A DNA stretch of 64,000 bases, taken from positions 8,618,001 through 8,682,000 of the forward strand of contig OZ193910.1 of NCBI GenBank assembly GCA_964276515.1, written 5' to 3'. The notes beneath the pieces were generated by a model that did not search any database, had not been told where the DNA came from, and worked only from the letters and a program-made list of their open reading frames with translations. The position numbers and the translations under genes were made by a program. This DNA comes from Gordius albopunctatus (Eukaryota). Positions 1 through 13,500 of this stretch are shown here, in pieces (the first letter of the stretch is position 1; every line of letters starts with the position of its first letter).

Positions 1-338
1 GTGCCGCTACAGGAGCGGGGTAACACAGTGTCGCTCCCATGGATCCGGAGCTTAACAACGCCCCGCCTGATGTTAGATACCCACGCCGGGTACGACAGGC
101 CCTAAGCTACCTAAGGCCTTATCTTTGTGAAAAGGGGGAAACTGTAGAGAGGTAAAGTGCCTCCAGGGATACGATAGTTACCTGCGTGTTGATGTTAATT
201 ACATGCGCGTTGGCGATCAATTAGCGTTAATTGGTTCTAACATATAAAGGCGTTGGATATATACGCCAGCACACTTTTTCGTCGTGTTTTTGTATCACAC
301 CCCTAATAGTATACGTGAATAAATATCAGCCCTTAACA
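1..338 (+). mobile_element. 3' end of a Gypsy-like LTR retrotransposon (ORF tail, PPT, LTR 143-338)
   Basis: ORF tail (..ELNNAPPDVRYPRRVR..) is homologous to 1195-1299. Purine tract AAAAGGGGGAAAC precedes TGTAGAGAGG...TTAACA (TG..CA). Confidence 0.8.
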
Positions 339-774
339 TTTATAGTTTAGGTTGTTAAATCATTTAGAATTTTTATTTAAAAATACATATTTTGTGAAGG
401 AGAGATAAAATAAATTAAAAGTTAAGAATTTTGAACGTTCATTAGTAAAAATATAAACAAATAATTTTTTTTAATTTAAACTAAAATTTGCTCTTATTAA
501 ATAGTCGTTATAAATTAATTATTAAAATGTAATTTAAAAATGTTTACAAAATAGAAAAACATATCTTATTTGATGAAAATAATATAAATTAATTATAAAC
601 ATCAATTACAGAAATGATTCATAATTTACTAAGGCAATATTAAATTTTATCATTGTTAAAAAATTCAATATAATACATTATTTATATTTTATAACAAATT
701 ATCTATAAAATAAGAATAATAATGTAATTTTGGTATTTTCAATTAAAGAATTTTGCAATATTTTGTAAGCGTCT

Positions 775-1584
775 GGGATAACGCCTGCAGAAGGAAGATT
801 GGGGCGGAAAATTCGAACCAAGTGGGAGGTGTTACGGCAAATCGAACCGCAACATTGGACGGAGAGCGGAAAATCGCGAACGTACGACGTCGGAGACCCA
901 GTGTGGGTGCGTATGTTTCTGAGGCCCGATAAATGGGTGGAGGGCACCGTTATTTCCAAGCGCGGGGCGCGCTCGTTCGATATTAGTGCCCGAGGGAAAA
1001 GCCATCATCGGCATTTGGACCAAGTAAGATCAAGAAAAATATTGGACGGGAGATTGGTGGAACATGAAAATGGATGGCCGGACCGGAATACACTCGCGCG
1101 ATCGAGTCCCGTTGCAAACGAGCCAATAGATGCAAGCCCCTTACCAACGGTGTCCAGTCAAAGTTCCCTGCCAATGATTCCCAATGTCAATGCCGCTACA
1201 GAAGCGGGTAAACACAATGCCCTTCCCATGGCTCTGGAGCTAAACAACGCCCCGCCTGAGGTTAGATACCCGCGCCGGGTACGACATCCCCCAAGCTAAC
1301 TAAAACAGTAGCTTTGTGAAAAAGGGGGGGGGGGGGTGTAGAGAGGTAATAGCAGTGCGAAGGGCCTCCGTGGATACGTTAGTTACCATTGTGTTGTCGT
1401 TGTTTACCCGCGAATAAATCAAATTATCGTTACCTAAGTGTTGTCGCTATTTACCCGTGTGTTGTTAATCAAATTAGCGTTAATTGGTTGTAACGTATAT
1501 ATGAGTTTGATTACACGTCTGACTCACTTTCTATTATCCCGAGTTAAAGCCTTGGAGTAAATAAAGAGTTTCCCCGGCTTAACA
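775..1584 (+). mobile_element. Second Gypsy-like 3' end: integrase C-terminal region (ORF 799-1299), PPT, LTR 1337-1584
   Basis: ORF carries GRKIRT..GDPVWVR..KWVEG..RHLDQVR, typical of the Gypsy pol C-terminus. A G-rich PPT is followed by TGTAGAGAGG...TTAACA, related to but diverged from LTR 143-338. Confidence 0.85.
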
Positions 1585-2554
1585 TGTTGCAGTTCTTTTT
1601 CACGGTGGGAAGGGGATAGTTTTTTTTCCCAAGGCAAGACATTGACGCGAGTATCCACAGTATACGCAAGGTGCGCCTATAGCTGATGTGTCATTAAAAA
1701 ATCTTAAGAAATTAAGAATCCACAATAACAGTGAATATATTAATTTATAGCAATTATCATCATGTAGTTCTTCCTCTCTCACACGTCTGCCTTTTTTGGC
1801 AAACTATCTTTTTAGGCAAATGAACTCTACAATTATTCTCGTCTCCACTACAGGGCGGTACTGGTCCCATTGTATGTCAAATGCAATAAGCTTAATAACT
1901 TCATCCCCTACCCTTTAACCTAGCTTAAATGTCAAATTAACCGGTAAAGAGATTCTACAACTTACCCAAATAAAAAATTACCCTCATTTTATCTAAGATT
2001 TGCGCTAGAGTAGACTAAATTTCCTTAGCTGCACTTTAGATCCTTTGACTATTATTTAGATTTGTCATATGTATTGACTTAAATAATGGGCCTAGGCTAT
2101 GGATTCTCGATTCTAAGTAATAAATAACAAAACGTAAAAACGCATTTCTTAAACGTTCCATTCCCGAGCGCTAACATCGCGTTCGTTAATTTATGCTTTT
2201 TTTGTTTACAAACAGCAGTGCGCCATTTTTACATATTTCATTTTTTCTCGATAATTTCAATCAAATTTTTTCTAGGCATTATTAGTCATTATTCTTTTGT
2301 GCAATGGTAAATATTTTTTAGATAGTAATACAATATATTGGTAATTTTAATTTATTTTGTACACATTATATTTATTTAGATTCTATATTCCTGAAAAAGA
2401 GAAAGCTTCAAAGAATTGTTGGTATGGATCCTAAAAGTTGGATATTAATATTATATATAATTTCCAAAATTTTATTTCTTCTTCTCATGGTGGCATGTAA
2501 ATAATAGAGAATTATGAAACCAGCTTGCCTAATAAAAATTGTTGTAACCATCCT

Positions 2555-2832
2555 AAATTATGGACAAATGTTAATATTATCAAATATTAAGTTATAAGCA
2601 ATCAAACTAATTAATATTTTAATGGCTTAAGTTGGAAAACTCAAGATTTATTTTTAAATTATGGACAAATGTTAATATTATCAAATATTAAGTTATAAGC
2701 AATCAAACTAATTAATATTTTAATGGCTTAAGTTGGAAAACTCAAGATTTATTTTTAAATTATGGACAAATGTTAATATTATCAAATATTAAGTTATAAG
2801 CAATCAAACTAATTTAATATTTTAATGGCTTA
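2555..2832. repeat. ~103-bp tandem repeat (~2.7 copies) inside the MULE
   Basis: Unit AAATTATGGACAAATGTTAATATTATC... starts three times. Confidence 0.9.
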
Positions 2833-2997
2833 AACAAATACTATTTGCCTAGAAAACTATTTTATTATCATTTATAATAATGTATAATCAAATTTTATTT
2901 AATATGATTCAAAAATAAAGTATAATATCTAATAAATTAAAACATGGTACATCATTTTTTAAACATAATCAAATTAAGAACTACTGGTAAAGCATTA

Positions 2998-3194
2998 TTT
3001 GAAGCTGTGTCTTTTTCATGAATATTATCTTGAGAAGAATCTAAATAAATAATATTAAATTTAAAATTAATATACTTGTGCATAATTTTAATGAATTTGA
3101 AGCTGTGTCTTTTTCATGAATATTATCTTGAGAAGAATCTAAATAAATAACATTAAATTTAAAATTAATATACTTGTGCATAATTTTAATGAAT
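2998..3194. repeat. ~98-bp tandem duplication inside the MULE
   Basis: TTTGAAGCTGTGTCTTTTTCATG...TTTTAATGAAT occurs twice. Confidence 0.9.
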
Positions 3195-4507
3195 CCCAAG
3201 GAGAGGATTTAAGTTTTTTTTGGATATGGGCATACTATCTGTGTACAAAATAAATTAAAATTATCAATATATTATATTACTATCTATTCTATTGTGACTG
3301 TAACCTCTCTTAAATTGTGGTGGCATCTCTATACTTTTCAATTTATTAAAATCTTCTTGAAAATTCCCATTCATATTTTCAATACCTGTAAATTATAATG
3401 AACACAAATAATAATAGAATACTTCTAAGCAGAGGTTGGTTATTAAAATCTTTACCTAAAAATAATAAAATTTTGTACAGTCACTTTAAATTACTCAACA
3501 CAAAGTTCTCATTAATGGGACTGTTGAATTTTTGAGAGTGTTTTTTCATTTAGGGATAGTATTTAAAGATATTTCTAATTGATTAGAAATTGAGGATACA
3601 GGCATGGTTTTTCTCCACCTTTCATTACACAGTTCCATATCAAATAATGGAATATTGAGGTATTCCCTCACCTTAAATATATGGGAGCAAGGTAAGAGAA
3701 TTGCAGCTTGAAACCCACAAGAACAAGTAGTTTTTGTGGTGGTTAAGAGCTGATTAAGCTTCCATTGGTTGGGCAAATGCTTGAATATTTCTAAAACTAT
3801 AATACTATATAACATACAAGTGACTTTTAGCTATACTTCTTTCGTGGTTATGATTCTCATCAAACTTGTATAGAACAAGTGAATGAGAATTACTGGTCAA
3901 TGTAATTTTAAATGAAAAAAACTCATACATCCATTTCTCTGAGTTGAGCTTTTACGGCACCCCTTGGAATGGGTTATGTATTTTTTCCCTCCTCTTGTAC
4001 AACTAAATTTGACTATTTTGTATTTAAATTTGGATATAACATCTTTGTCAAATAAATCTTTGGATAATAAAACAGATGCAGATATATAATAATTGGCAAA
4101 AACAGAATCTTGATATATTTTCTTAGCCATTAATAATTCCTCAATGGATTTAAAATAGTTTTCAAATACTTTTATCTAGGAAACTAGTTAAAATATATAT
4201 TCATCTTTAATTTACAAAAAGTAAATTTAATGTAAAACAAACAATTTATAAAAAGTATTTCAAAAATAGAAATCAAAAAAATAACTAATTGAAATATCTG
4301 TCATACATTTATATAAAAATAATGGATTGAAATTATCGAGAAAAAATGAAATGATATGTAAAAATGGCGCACTGCTGTTTGTAAACAAAAAAAGCATAAA
4401 TTAACGAACGCGATGTTAGCGCTCGGGAATGGAACGTTTAAGAAATGCGTTTTTACGTTTTGTTATTTATTACTTAGAATCGAGAATCCATAGCCTAGGC
4501 CTAAATA

Positions 4508-7500
4508 ATGCATGATCAAAACAAAAAGGAACATAAAGAGAAGAAAAAACATAAACACAAAAGACATAAAAGTGATAACGCTCATGAGATCAACAAAGAA
4601 TCAAATGACCATACTGAAAGTGGGAATTTTACTCAGATACAACATGTAGAATCTCTTGGTATTCAAGATTCTAAGTATGTAAATAAATATAATTACTTAG
4701 TATTATTTCTTTTTATGTAAATATCTTATTAACAAGTAGTAAGTTTGGATTGTCCTAACTATTAAAGAGGGAGGAAATTTATGTTTTGGGCTACATGTGT
4801 TAATAAAATATATGTTTGTAAATATTTCTATATTTTTTAAAATCTATATAGCAAATTGAGAGAGCAATTAGGATTGGCACCATTAAAAGTAGATTCTAAA
4901 AATTCTGAAGAAAGGAAAGATGGTATACTAAATTATTATTTGTATACAATATATTAGGCAACAAGCAATATACTATCCAAGGGCAAACATTTGTGCATTT
5001 GCCCCCTACTAATATGAGTAAAATCAAATCTAGTAAATTATTTGAGGAAAAGCTACATGTCAGAAAAGAAAAAAGAAAAATTGAGGATAAGTTAAAGTAA
5101 TTAATTTTTTGCTTTTTTAAACCTGATAGGCATTTTAAAACATTGGGGGAAAGTGATGAGGATGATAGTGCCATAAGTTGGGTTAAAAAAACCAGGCAAA
5201 TGGAGAAAGAAAAGGAATTAGCAGCAAAGAAGGCTAAAATTCTTGAGGAATTAGACGAAGAATTTGGAATAGGAACACTTGTTGAAACACATGTTTTAAA
5301 TGATCAGCAATTGATTAACAAAGTAAAAATAGTTATTTATTAGATTTTACACATCTACCTATTTTGATATCTCACTATCAAAATCTATTTTTTATTTCCT
5401 TAGTTTTTTAAGAATTTATTTTTAATTCCATGTTGTGATTTTGCATGTTTTTTTGTTATATTATTGATCAAATACAAAATATGCTTGAATTATTAGAGTT
5501 GCCCAAACTGCCTGACCTGAAATGATGTTTTAAGCATTAATATTGATATATTTTCAAAAATAATTTATTTTAATTTCCAATTTTTTTGGATAACAACTAT
5601 GCTTAACATATAATATACAATCAAATACAAAGCAACAAAATAATACATGCCTGAATTGCCCAAATCTTTTTTGGTGCAGCCTAAAGATCTAAATTAACAA
5701 CAGTTTCCTGGGTGAGCAGGCAGTGGGCCCGGTTTTTCTGATCCCTGATTTATAATTATAATCTAATTCAATTTCAACCCAGAAGTTTTTTGACTCTTAC
5801 AGTTGTTTTAGCAGGAATTTGAGGTTTTATAAATATTTTTCATGGTCATACAAATGCATTAGCAATATTCTGTCCTCTCCACACGCGGCATATCTAATCA
5901 AGCCCAAATGACATTTTTTGCTTCTTTTATGTTTTGAAAATTATCATTTTGCACATATCATAATTTTGTTATGTGCAACACTAATAAACATTAAATGATG
6001 ATTGAATTGACTTAAATTTTCACAAATTTACGAGTTGATCAAGAATATTTTATTTATTTAAAAACTAGTCAATACAATAAAAATAAGCAAAAGTACTTCC
6101 ATATTTTTATTGTAATTAAAAAATATTGTTGTGATTTATATTTTTTAAATATTTTACAGTTTTTCAGTAACTGCATCTTTGACTATTAAATTTAAAAAAG
6201 TTGAAGAATTTTAAAAGCGCAATAAAAAACTTATTATGAATTTTAAATAACTTACTGATTTTTATGTCAAAATTTTTTTTTATAAATAACTCTATGAGGT
6301 ATTTACCTTCTAATTTGTTTTTGTTTGACATTTATGGCCCTATTAAGGGCTTAATTGCTGTAAAAATTTTAAATTTATTAATTATTTTTATTAATTAAAA
6401 TTTTTCTAATAATTAGGATTATACCTCAGAAAATCTTAAAGGACTTGAAATTCAGCATTCTTTAGATGCCTTTGAAAAGGGAAGGTCAGTTATTTTGACA
6501 TTGGCAGATCAAGGTAAAATTTATTATGGAAAAATGATATGGTTTATGTACTTTTTTAGACCAGTTGTATTTTAATAGGGGAGATCGGGCCTATCTCGAC
6601 CTTAAAAAATCATAAAGGCAACAAAAAATTTTAACCGATTCTTATATACCTTTTTCAAAAAAATGTTCTTCTCTACAATGTTTATTAGAGGGAAAAATTT
6701 TATTGCTACGCAGTGGATAAAATTTTATACCAGGGTTTCAAAAAAATACAACTCGTATAGCTTCGAAAAATGGCCGGGTCAAAGTGTTTTTTAAACTAGG
6801 CTAAGGTGATGTCTCTTATTTAAAGTCAAAAATTTATAAATAACTTGAGTGCATGTGCTTGCTTTAACTTATAGTTTTATAAAATTTTAATTAATTTTAT
6901 ATAATAATCTATAATAAGATAAATGTGAACTTAAATTCATTTGTTCAACTATTATTTCCTTTAATCTGATATTATGTTTATATTTTAAAGAATATTCTTG
7001 TTCACACGATATAAAGTTAGTTCTTTGAGAGCAATTATGCACTGACTAATTACTGAAGAGTAAAAAAGGAGACGATAGCCCTACACTCGACAGGCCCCAC
7101 ATTTCACTTTAAGTTGGGTTTAAATATGGTTTATTTCTTCAAAGTTATACATTTACATATAAATCATATGTAAAATTCGAATATTTTTTGAATAAAAATT
7201 GTTAAAAATTAAGCGAACACTTCTTTTAGTAATTTAAAAAAATTGAAAAGGGCTGCTTTAGTCCCAAAAAATCTTATTTTCTGCTTAATGTTTTTGTAAT
7301 AAGGGTTAACCCAAATCTTTTTCGTGCCCAATATGTGCGTTAATAAAGTACATTTATCATTCAAATTTGAGGACAAAATAAATATAAATGACAGAATTAT
7401 TTGAAAGGACGTCTATGGCCCCCGTAAACTTATAGCCCCGGTCTCCCCGACTATTTTATATAATTGGGATTTTGATTATCTCGCATTCAAAAATCCTATT

Positions 7501-10500
7501 GATCATTTAAACCTATTTTTAGTTTTCTAAGCTTTATCTTATTTTTCCATATAAAATATGACATTTTTTTATTATATTAATTATTTATAAACTAGATTAT
7601 TATTTTTTAATTCTGAAATGTATTTATGTCAAATTGTCTTAACAAGCATTTAAGTGTATTGAATAATTTTAAGAAAACCACCTGGCACCTTAATTTTTCA
7701 TATTATCCAGGTTTTATGCTACCTAAAGATTATTACTTAAAAATAATGATAGCATGTAATTTTAAATGTAATTTGTTGTTAATATTATGGACAGTAAACT
7801 GAAATACCTTTCGCTATCAACGGGTCATTTGTAAATTTAATCATTCGTTGGAAATATCACCTATATTTAAATGCAATACATGATATGGCCTCACCACTTA
7901 AAAATATCAGGCTTGCTTTGTTTAGATTGCAGCTGGCCTTACAAATTAAAAAAATGCAATTATATTAATTAACTTGAACTTGAGCAATTTTCAGAGGTAA
8001 AATTCTCATATTGCGGGAAATTTTAATAAGTAGCTTGCAAGCGCTGTTTTTAATGCCTGTCCGTTGGGGTAATTTAATTTGTGGGATGAGTAGGAAAATA
8101 ATTTTGCAATAGACATTTACCTTTTAAATAAGATGGACGTGTTTACCCTCTAACCTTGTTTAATTTCTGTATTGCTGTCTTTTGTAAAGATATCCGTACT
8201 TTTTTTATAGATATGACCAAAATTTGTCAATTTTCGGGCTGCTTAAGATTTTTTACTAAGAGATTTAAAGCAAACGTCATATTTCTTCATAGATTATTAT
8301 TTCTTAAATCTTTCTACCTGATTTTGCAATTAAATGGCCAGCCCGAATCTTATTAAGTTTACGCCCTACATTACCCAGATTATTAGAATTCGGCTCGGAA
8401 TGTTATATTTGCCCGTTATGCCCCAATCTATTTTGGCCTAATATTTATAAATAAACATTAAGTCAAAAACATATTGATTGAATCAAGCTAAAAGTTGTGG
8501 TTTTTGTATTTTTGATTTAAATATAGCAAGTCAAAACTATAGAAAAAATAATCAGGGGGCTTTATATCATAGTATAAAACATTTAAATCAAAAGTATATA
8601 AAAAATTTATGTCTTTAAATAGATATTAATGAACTTTAAAAATGAAATTTAAAATGTATTATTCAACACGCTTTCTTTAGAATTATTTATTTATTCTTAT
8701 CTACTAATTTAAAAACTGTTATTAATTTTTTCCCTTGATATGAACTACGATTAACAAATATTATATAATCAAAGGGAAAAATGATTATGTATAGCCCAGT
8801 CTTGTTAAGGAACCCAATTGCCCCATCTTCTTAAGATGCACTCCCAGGCCCGCCCATAAATTTAGACTTGTCCCTCTGTGGGTTGGACTTTTCTGATCTC
8901 GGGTTCCAACCCCTAACAGTAAATTGAGGCTACATATGATTAAGCTTGCAATGCACTAAACTAGGTGAAAACATAGTTTCTGAAATATTAGTGAATCAAT
9001 TTAATTTGAATAAGCTGAAATTACAGTTGAGTCATATGATACCGATTTTAATTTTAAAAGGTTTTTACCTAAATATGATTTTAAATTTTTTTATTTAAAT
9101 GTATATGTAACCATTTAAAACTGATTATTCCGTGTTTCCATTTTTTCTTATGAATATTTTTTCAAAAATTGCAAACTTTATGCTTCGAATATTTCAGATT
9201 TTTAGCAACACCATTTTTAAGCAATATTTTTTATTTGAATTGCGATTTTTTTGAAGATATACTTAAGGAGATGGAAGAAGGAACAAACGACACACATGCC
9301 ATTTTGCAAAATGTCAACATGCTTGATCAAGAAAAGGCTGAAATCAATATAAAATTGCGTAAGACTAGACCAGACTATAAACCCTACGATGATGGAATGT
9401 TTGTTGAAGGGGCCGAATTGGTAATAATTTTATTAAGTAATAGAGTTGATTAAATCATTTTATTTTGATTGTAGCCTGTTGGCAAATCAGTTTTGGACAA
9501 GTACGATGAAGAAATTGGCGGGGCTGCAAAGAAGGAGTCGTTTGTATTGGGTAAGTTTTATAACTATATTATTTATTATAAACAATACTAGGTGAATTAG
9601 AAGAATTGCTTTAATTATTTTCATTAAATTTCTGGCACTATATTTTAAGATCAGGCAAATTAAATTTCTGATTTGTGACTTTAAGTTAGGTCTCTAATTT
9701 GCTAATGTCAATTGTTATAAATCCTTATATAGTTTAAAAATGCATCGCATTGATGCAGGTTAATTATAATCACGCACCATTCACAATCATTTTTTTAAAT
9801 CCTTATTATTTTTATAGGTGATGATGGATTTGTTGACGTTATTAATATGAACAGAGAGAAGCAAGAATATATCGCCAAATTTAAAAAGGAACGGAATATC
9901 GTGAGTTTTTAGATTTATCCATAATAGAGCTTTATAAATTACACCCTCTAACTTTATTTAGCAAGATTTGCAAACTGCACCATTGACCGTTGCAAGAGAA
10001 TATTTTACTCACGAGGAATTGGTAATGTAACATACCTTGCATTCAAACTATTTGAAATGTTATTAGGCTTCGTTTAAAAAACCGAAAAAGAAAAACAAAA
10101 AATATAGGCCTAAAGGTTCGACTACAGAAAATATTGATTCTTTAGAGTAAGATTTTTAATAATAATTTATAAAAGAAATGATAACGTAGAAATAATGGCG
10201 AGACTATAATGGAAATATCAGAGAGCGATTCCCATCAACCACGTAAGTTTAAATATGTTAAAAATGCCAGATGTATATGTAACTTAGGGTTCGGCATCAT
10301 GATTATGTTTTTTTAATATTAGGGCCAATGGATTCCGAACAATTGCTAGACGTTATCAAATTGGAAGAGGAAAGCAGTCAACTGGAACTGGAAGATGTCA
10401 TTAAAAAAGCGCGTAAAAAAGCTAATGAAACAAAAACCAAGGGGCCCGATAAGGTTGTGATATTTGGCGTAATTCTTAGATGCATCTAATATATTAGGTA

Positions 10501-13500
10501 GTTGAATTAGTGCAAAAATGTATCACCGAAACAATCGATACATCAGATGCGAATCAATCTATAACCTTAAATACAACGTCCGAGTTTTGCCGCGCGTTAG
10601 GCAAAATTCCAACTTACGGAACTTCTGGAAATCGAGAAAATAATCCTGGGGAAATATTGGTACATTAAATTATATTTTTTGCATTGAGCTTTTTAAGTCC
10701 ACCCTACATAGTGTGAAGTGATAGTTCATTTTTAATTCAAACTACATACATATGGTGGTGATCCCTTCTAATTTAAAAATTAGATGATATCTGATTTATA
10801 CAATTCAAATAAATTGTTCGTAAAAGTCGTTGGTATCAACTAATTACTTTCATAAATGGCACTTTTCATAAATCGTGCTTAAACTTGGAGATTAAATCAT
10901 ATACACACAATTTTTCTTACTCTCGCGTCGGGTACCAAAAGTTGAAAAACGTTTAAGAGGGATTCTCTTTAAAAAATTTAAACGCTTTCGGGTTGGGTTC
11001 GGGTTGGAAATTTAAAAATACCATCGGGGGCTCGGGTTTAAAAAAACCGACTTTGTATTTTATATTTGAAAATTTACAGGCGTATTTATAAATTCAGTAC
11101 TATAACTTTTTTTACTGCGCTATAATGAATTGTCGTAATACGATTTAAATAAAAATTAAACTCTTTGCTTTGTGACAGCTAAGCAAACCTCATTTATTTC
11201 TCTTTGATTGGCTTTTAGTTTAATGAATATAATACTAATAGGATATTTATGTCTTTATTTCATCTGCGCAAATATTTCCTTTCTATATGCGTATTTGTGT
11301 GTTAATTATTATGAGTATATACATTTGGTTAAATTATTTCAACAATATTATTGCAAAACTCCGGTGTTAAAAATGAAATTGTAATTTATATTGCAGGAAT
11401 TTGAAGGGCATTCGGATTCTGATGCTTCTATGGACGAAGAAATTGTAACAAATGACGACATCGAAACAAATCCTCACAAATCGAATCGTGGTACACAGCA
11501 AACAGTCTCAATAACTCAGGAACCTAATATCGAAAAGGGATTGGCTACTGCCTTAAATTTGGTTATAGCCAAAGGTTCGATTTATACACTTAAATTTAAT
11601 TTTTTTTCTTTGTTTTATTATTAGGTTGACATAAATTGTAATAATAGGCAAGCATGTGTTACTTAGTGTTTATAAAGTATTAAATTGATAACAGTAATCT
11701 TTTCAAATAATCTCGATATGTTTTAATTTGCTAGGTTACGTTGATAAAGAAATCAAAGATGCCGAAATGAGCTCTGAATATTTAGACCTTAAGGCTAAGC
11801 GATTTATGGTGGAAGATAAACATTTTGATATTGATGATAAATATTCACGGAGAGATCGTTATTCAACTGGTCTTTTGTCCGAATTTAAAGTGATAACCCG
11901 ATGATATTTTATATTTGATTGGTAATATTGATAATTTATTAGATCTGATCTTTTGGTATTTTATTGCAATTTAATGTGTTGAAATAGGAAAAGAAAGATT
12001 ATCGGCCTGATATCAAATTGGATTATATAGATGATCAAGGCAGAGTATTAAATACAAAAGAAGCGTTTCGTTACATGTCTCACAAGTTTCATGGGAAAGG
12101 CTCGGGCAAAAACAAAATAGAAAAACGCACTAAGAAGCTTGTCGAAGAACGGGTAAAGGAGTCCAAAATTCGGACGCTATTTTTCAAACATTTCTAATTT
12201 TGTAACCTATATATGTCACTTAGTGGGTGGGGGTAGTCGGAAGGAGTCGGGGACATGGGGTGAGGTTGTGAAATAGCTCAAATATCAAAAAAAATACTGT
12301 TGCCGAAAGCTTAAATTTTTTTATTTATTTAAATATAAAATACAGTATTAACCCAAACTGTTTTTGCATAGTAGCAAATTATTTATTATCAGGTAGTGTT
12401 AGATTGATATGATAAATTTTTAAGTCGCCGCCGTGTTTAATAAGTTTATTGGAGTTAAATCCAATTTAAAAGGTGAATATGAGAAAAACTAACTTGCTAT
12501 GGGAAAAATTAAACAAATTAGTCCAAGCTTTATATAAATTCCGTTTTTGATATTAATCTAGTCATTTTTTTAATTATATGATCCTTGACGATAGTTTAAA
12601 TAGCTCAATTAGAATAGACCTTTTAACTATTTGTTAAAAATCCGTTGACAGTAATCTATATATATAAAGTAAAGTCTATGTATGTGTGTATGTATGTAAG
12701 GGCTAAATTCTGAAACTACCGACCCGATTCGCGCGAAAATTTAACCGTAGATGCCCAAGGCGGCCAGGGGTAAAATAGCTTTTTAAGAATCCTAAAATTC
12801 CTTTTAGTTTTAAAAATATCGGACATTTCGTTTTAAAAAGGGCTAAATTATGAAACTACCGGCTCGATTCGCGCGAAAATTTAGCCGTAGGTGCTCAGGG
12901 ATGCCAGGGGTAAATTAGCTTTTTCAGATTCCTAAAATACCTTTTCGTTTTTTGACCGTCCACTGGCTGCTGACAAATGAAAAAAATGACCATTGGCCAA
13001 ATATATGGAAATTTTTTTTTTCGTTTTTGAATTGGGTAATAACATTTATAATTGCCCTATCCCCTATACTACAAGGGCCTATGCCTCTATTGATATGGGT
13101 CCCTGTGCCCCTACAAAAGCTTATGCCTCTATTAATCTGGGTTCGAATCCCGGCGAACGTTCTGAATTGCTGTTCGAATCCCGGAGAGGCAAAATTTTTA
13201 TTTTATTTTTTAAATTAAATTAATATTTTATTCTTGTTAATACCATTGATAATATGACTTTTTGGCCGTCCCCTGGCTACTGACCAATGAAGAAATGACC
13301 ATTGGCCAAATTGTGAATCGAAACTTTTTTTTCGTTTTTGAATAGGTTAACATTGATAATTACACTATGCCCTCCCCTACAAGGGCCTATGCCTATACTG
13401 ATGTGGGTTCGAATCCCGGAGAGGGCAAGTTTTTTTTAATTAAATGGAAAATTTGTATTAATAGTTAACTAATCATTTTGCATTAATACCCCACTATAGG

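Larger units (their letters stand above)
2089..4501 (-). mobile_element. Mutator-like (MULE) DNA transposon, internally deleted
   Basis: Near-identical ~175-bp TIRs (2089-~2262 and ~4325-4501, starting GGCCTAGGCTATGGATTCTCG). 9-bp TSD TAAATAATG at 2080-2088 and 4502-4510. Minus-strand ORFs 3897-4130 (FAR1-like, KFSC..GC) and 3546-3815 (SWIM finger CSC..LPCSH); no DDE core seen. Confidence 0.92.

Noticed and set aside
2086..4510. MULE spliced out as an in-frame intron from the upstream ATG
   Set aside because: The element starts GG, not GT. The TIR donor near 2117 joined to the right-TIR acceptors gives out-of-frame or stop products.
8788..8934. GC-richer island in SART1 intron 5 as a solo LTR or ncRNA
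   Set aside because: It has TG..CA-like ends but no clear TSD, snoRNA boxes or second copy.
13130..13200. tRNA gene
   Set aside because: Only a T-loop/B-box is present, with no acceptor, D or anticodon stems.
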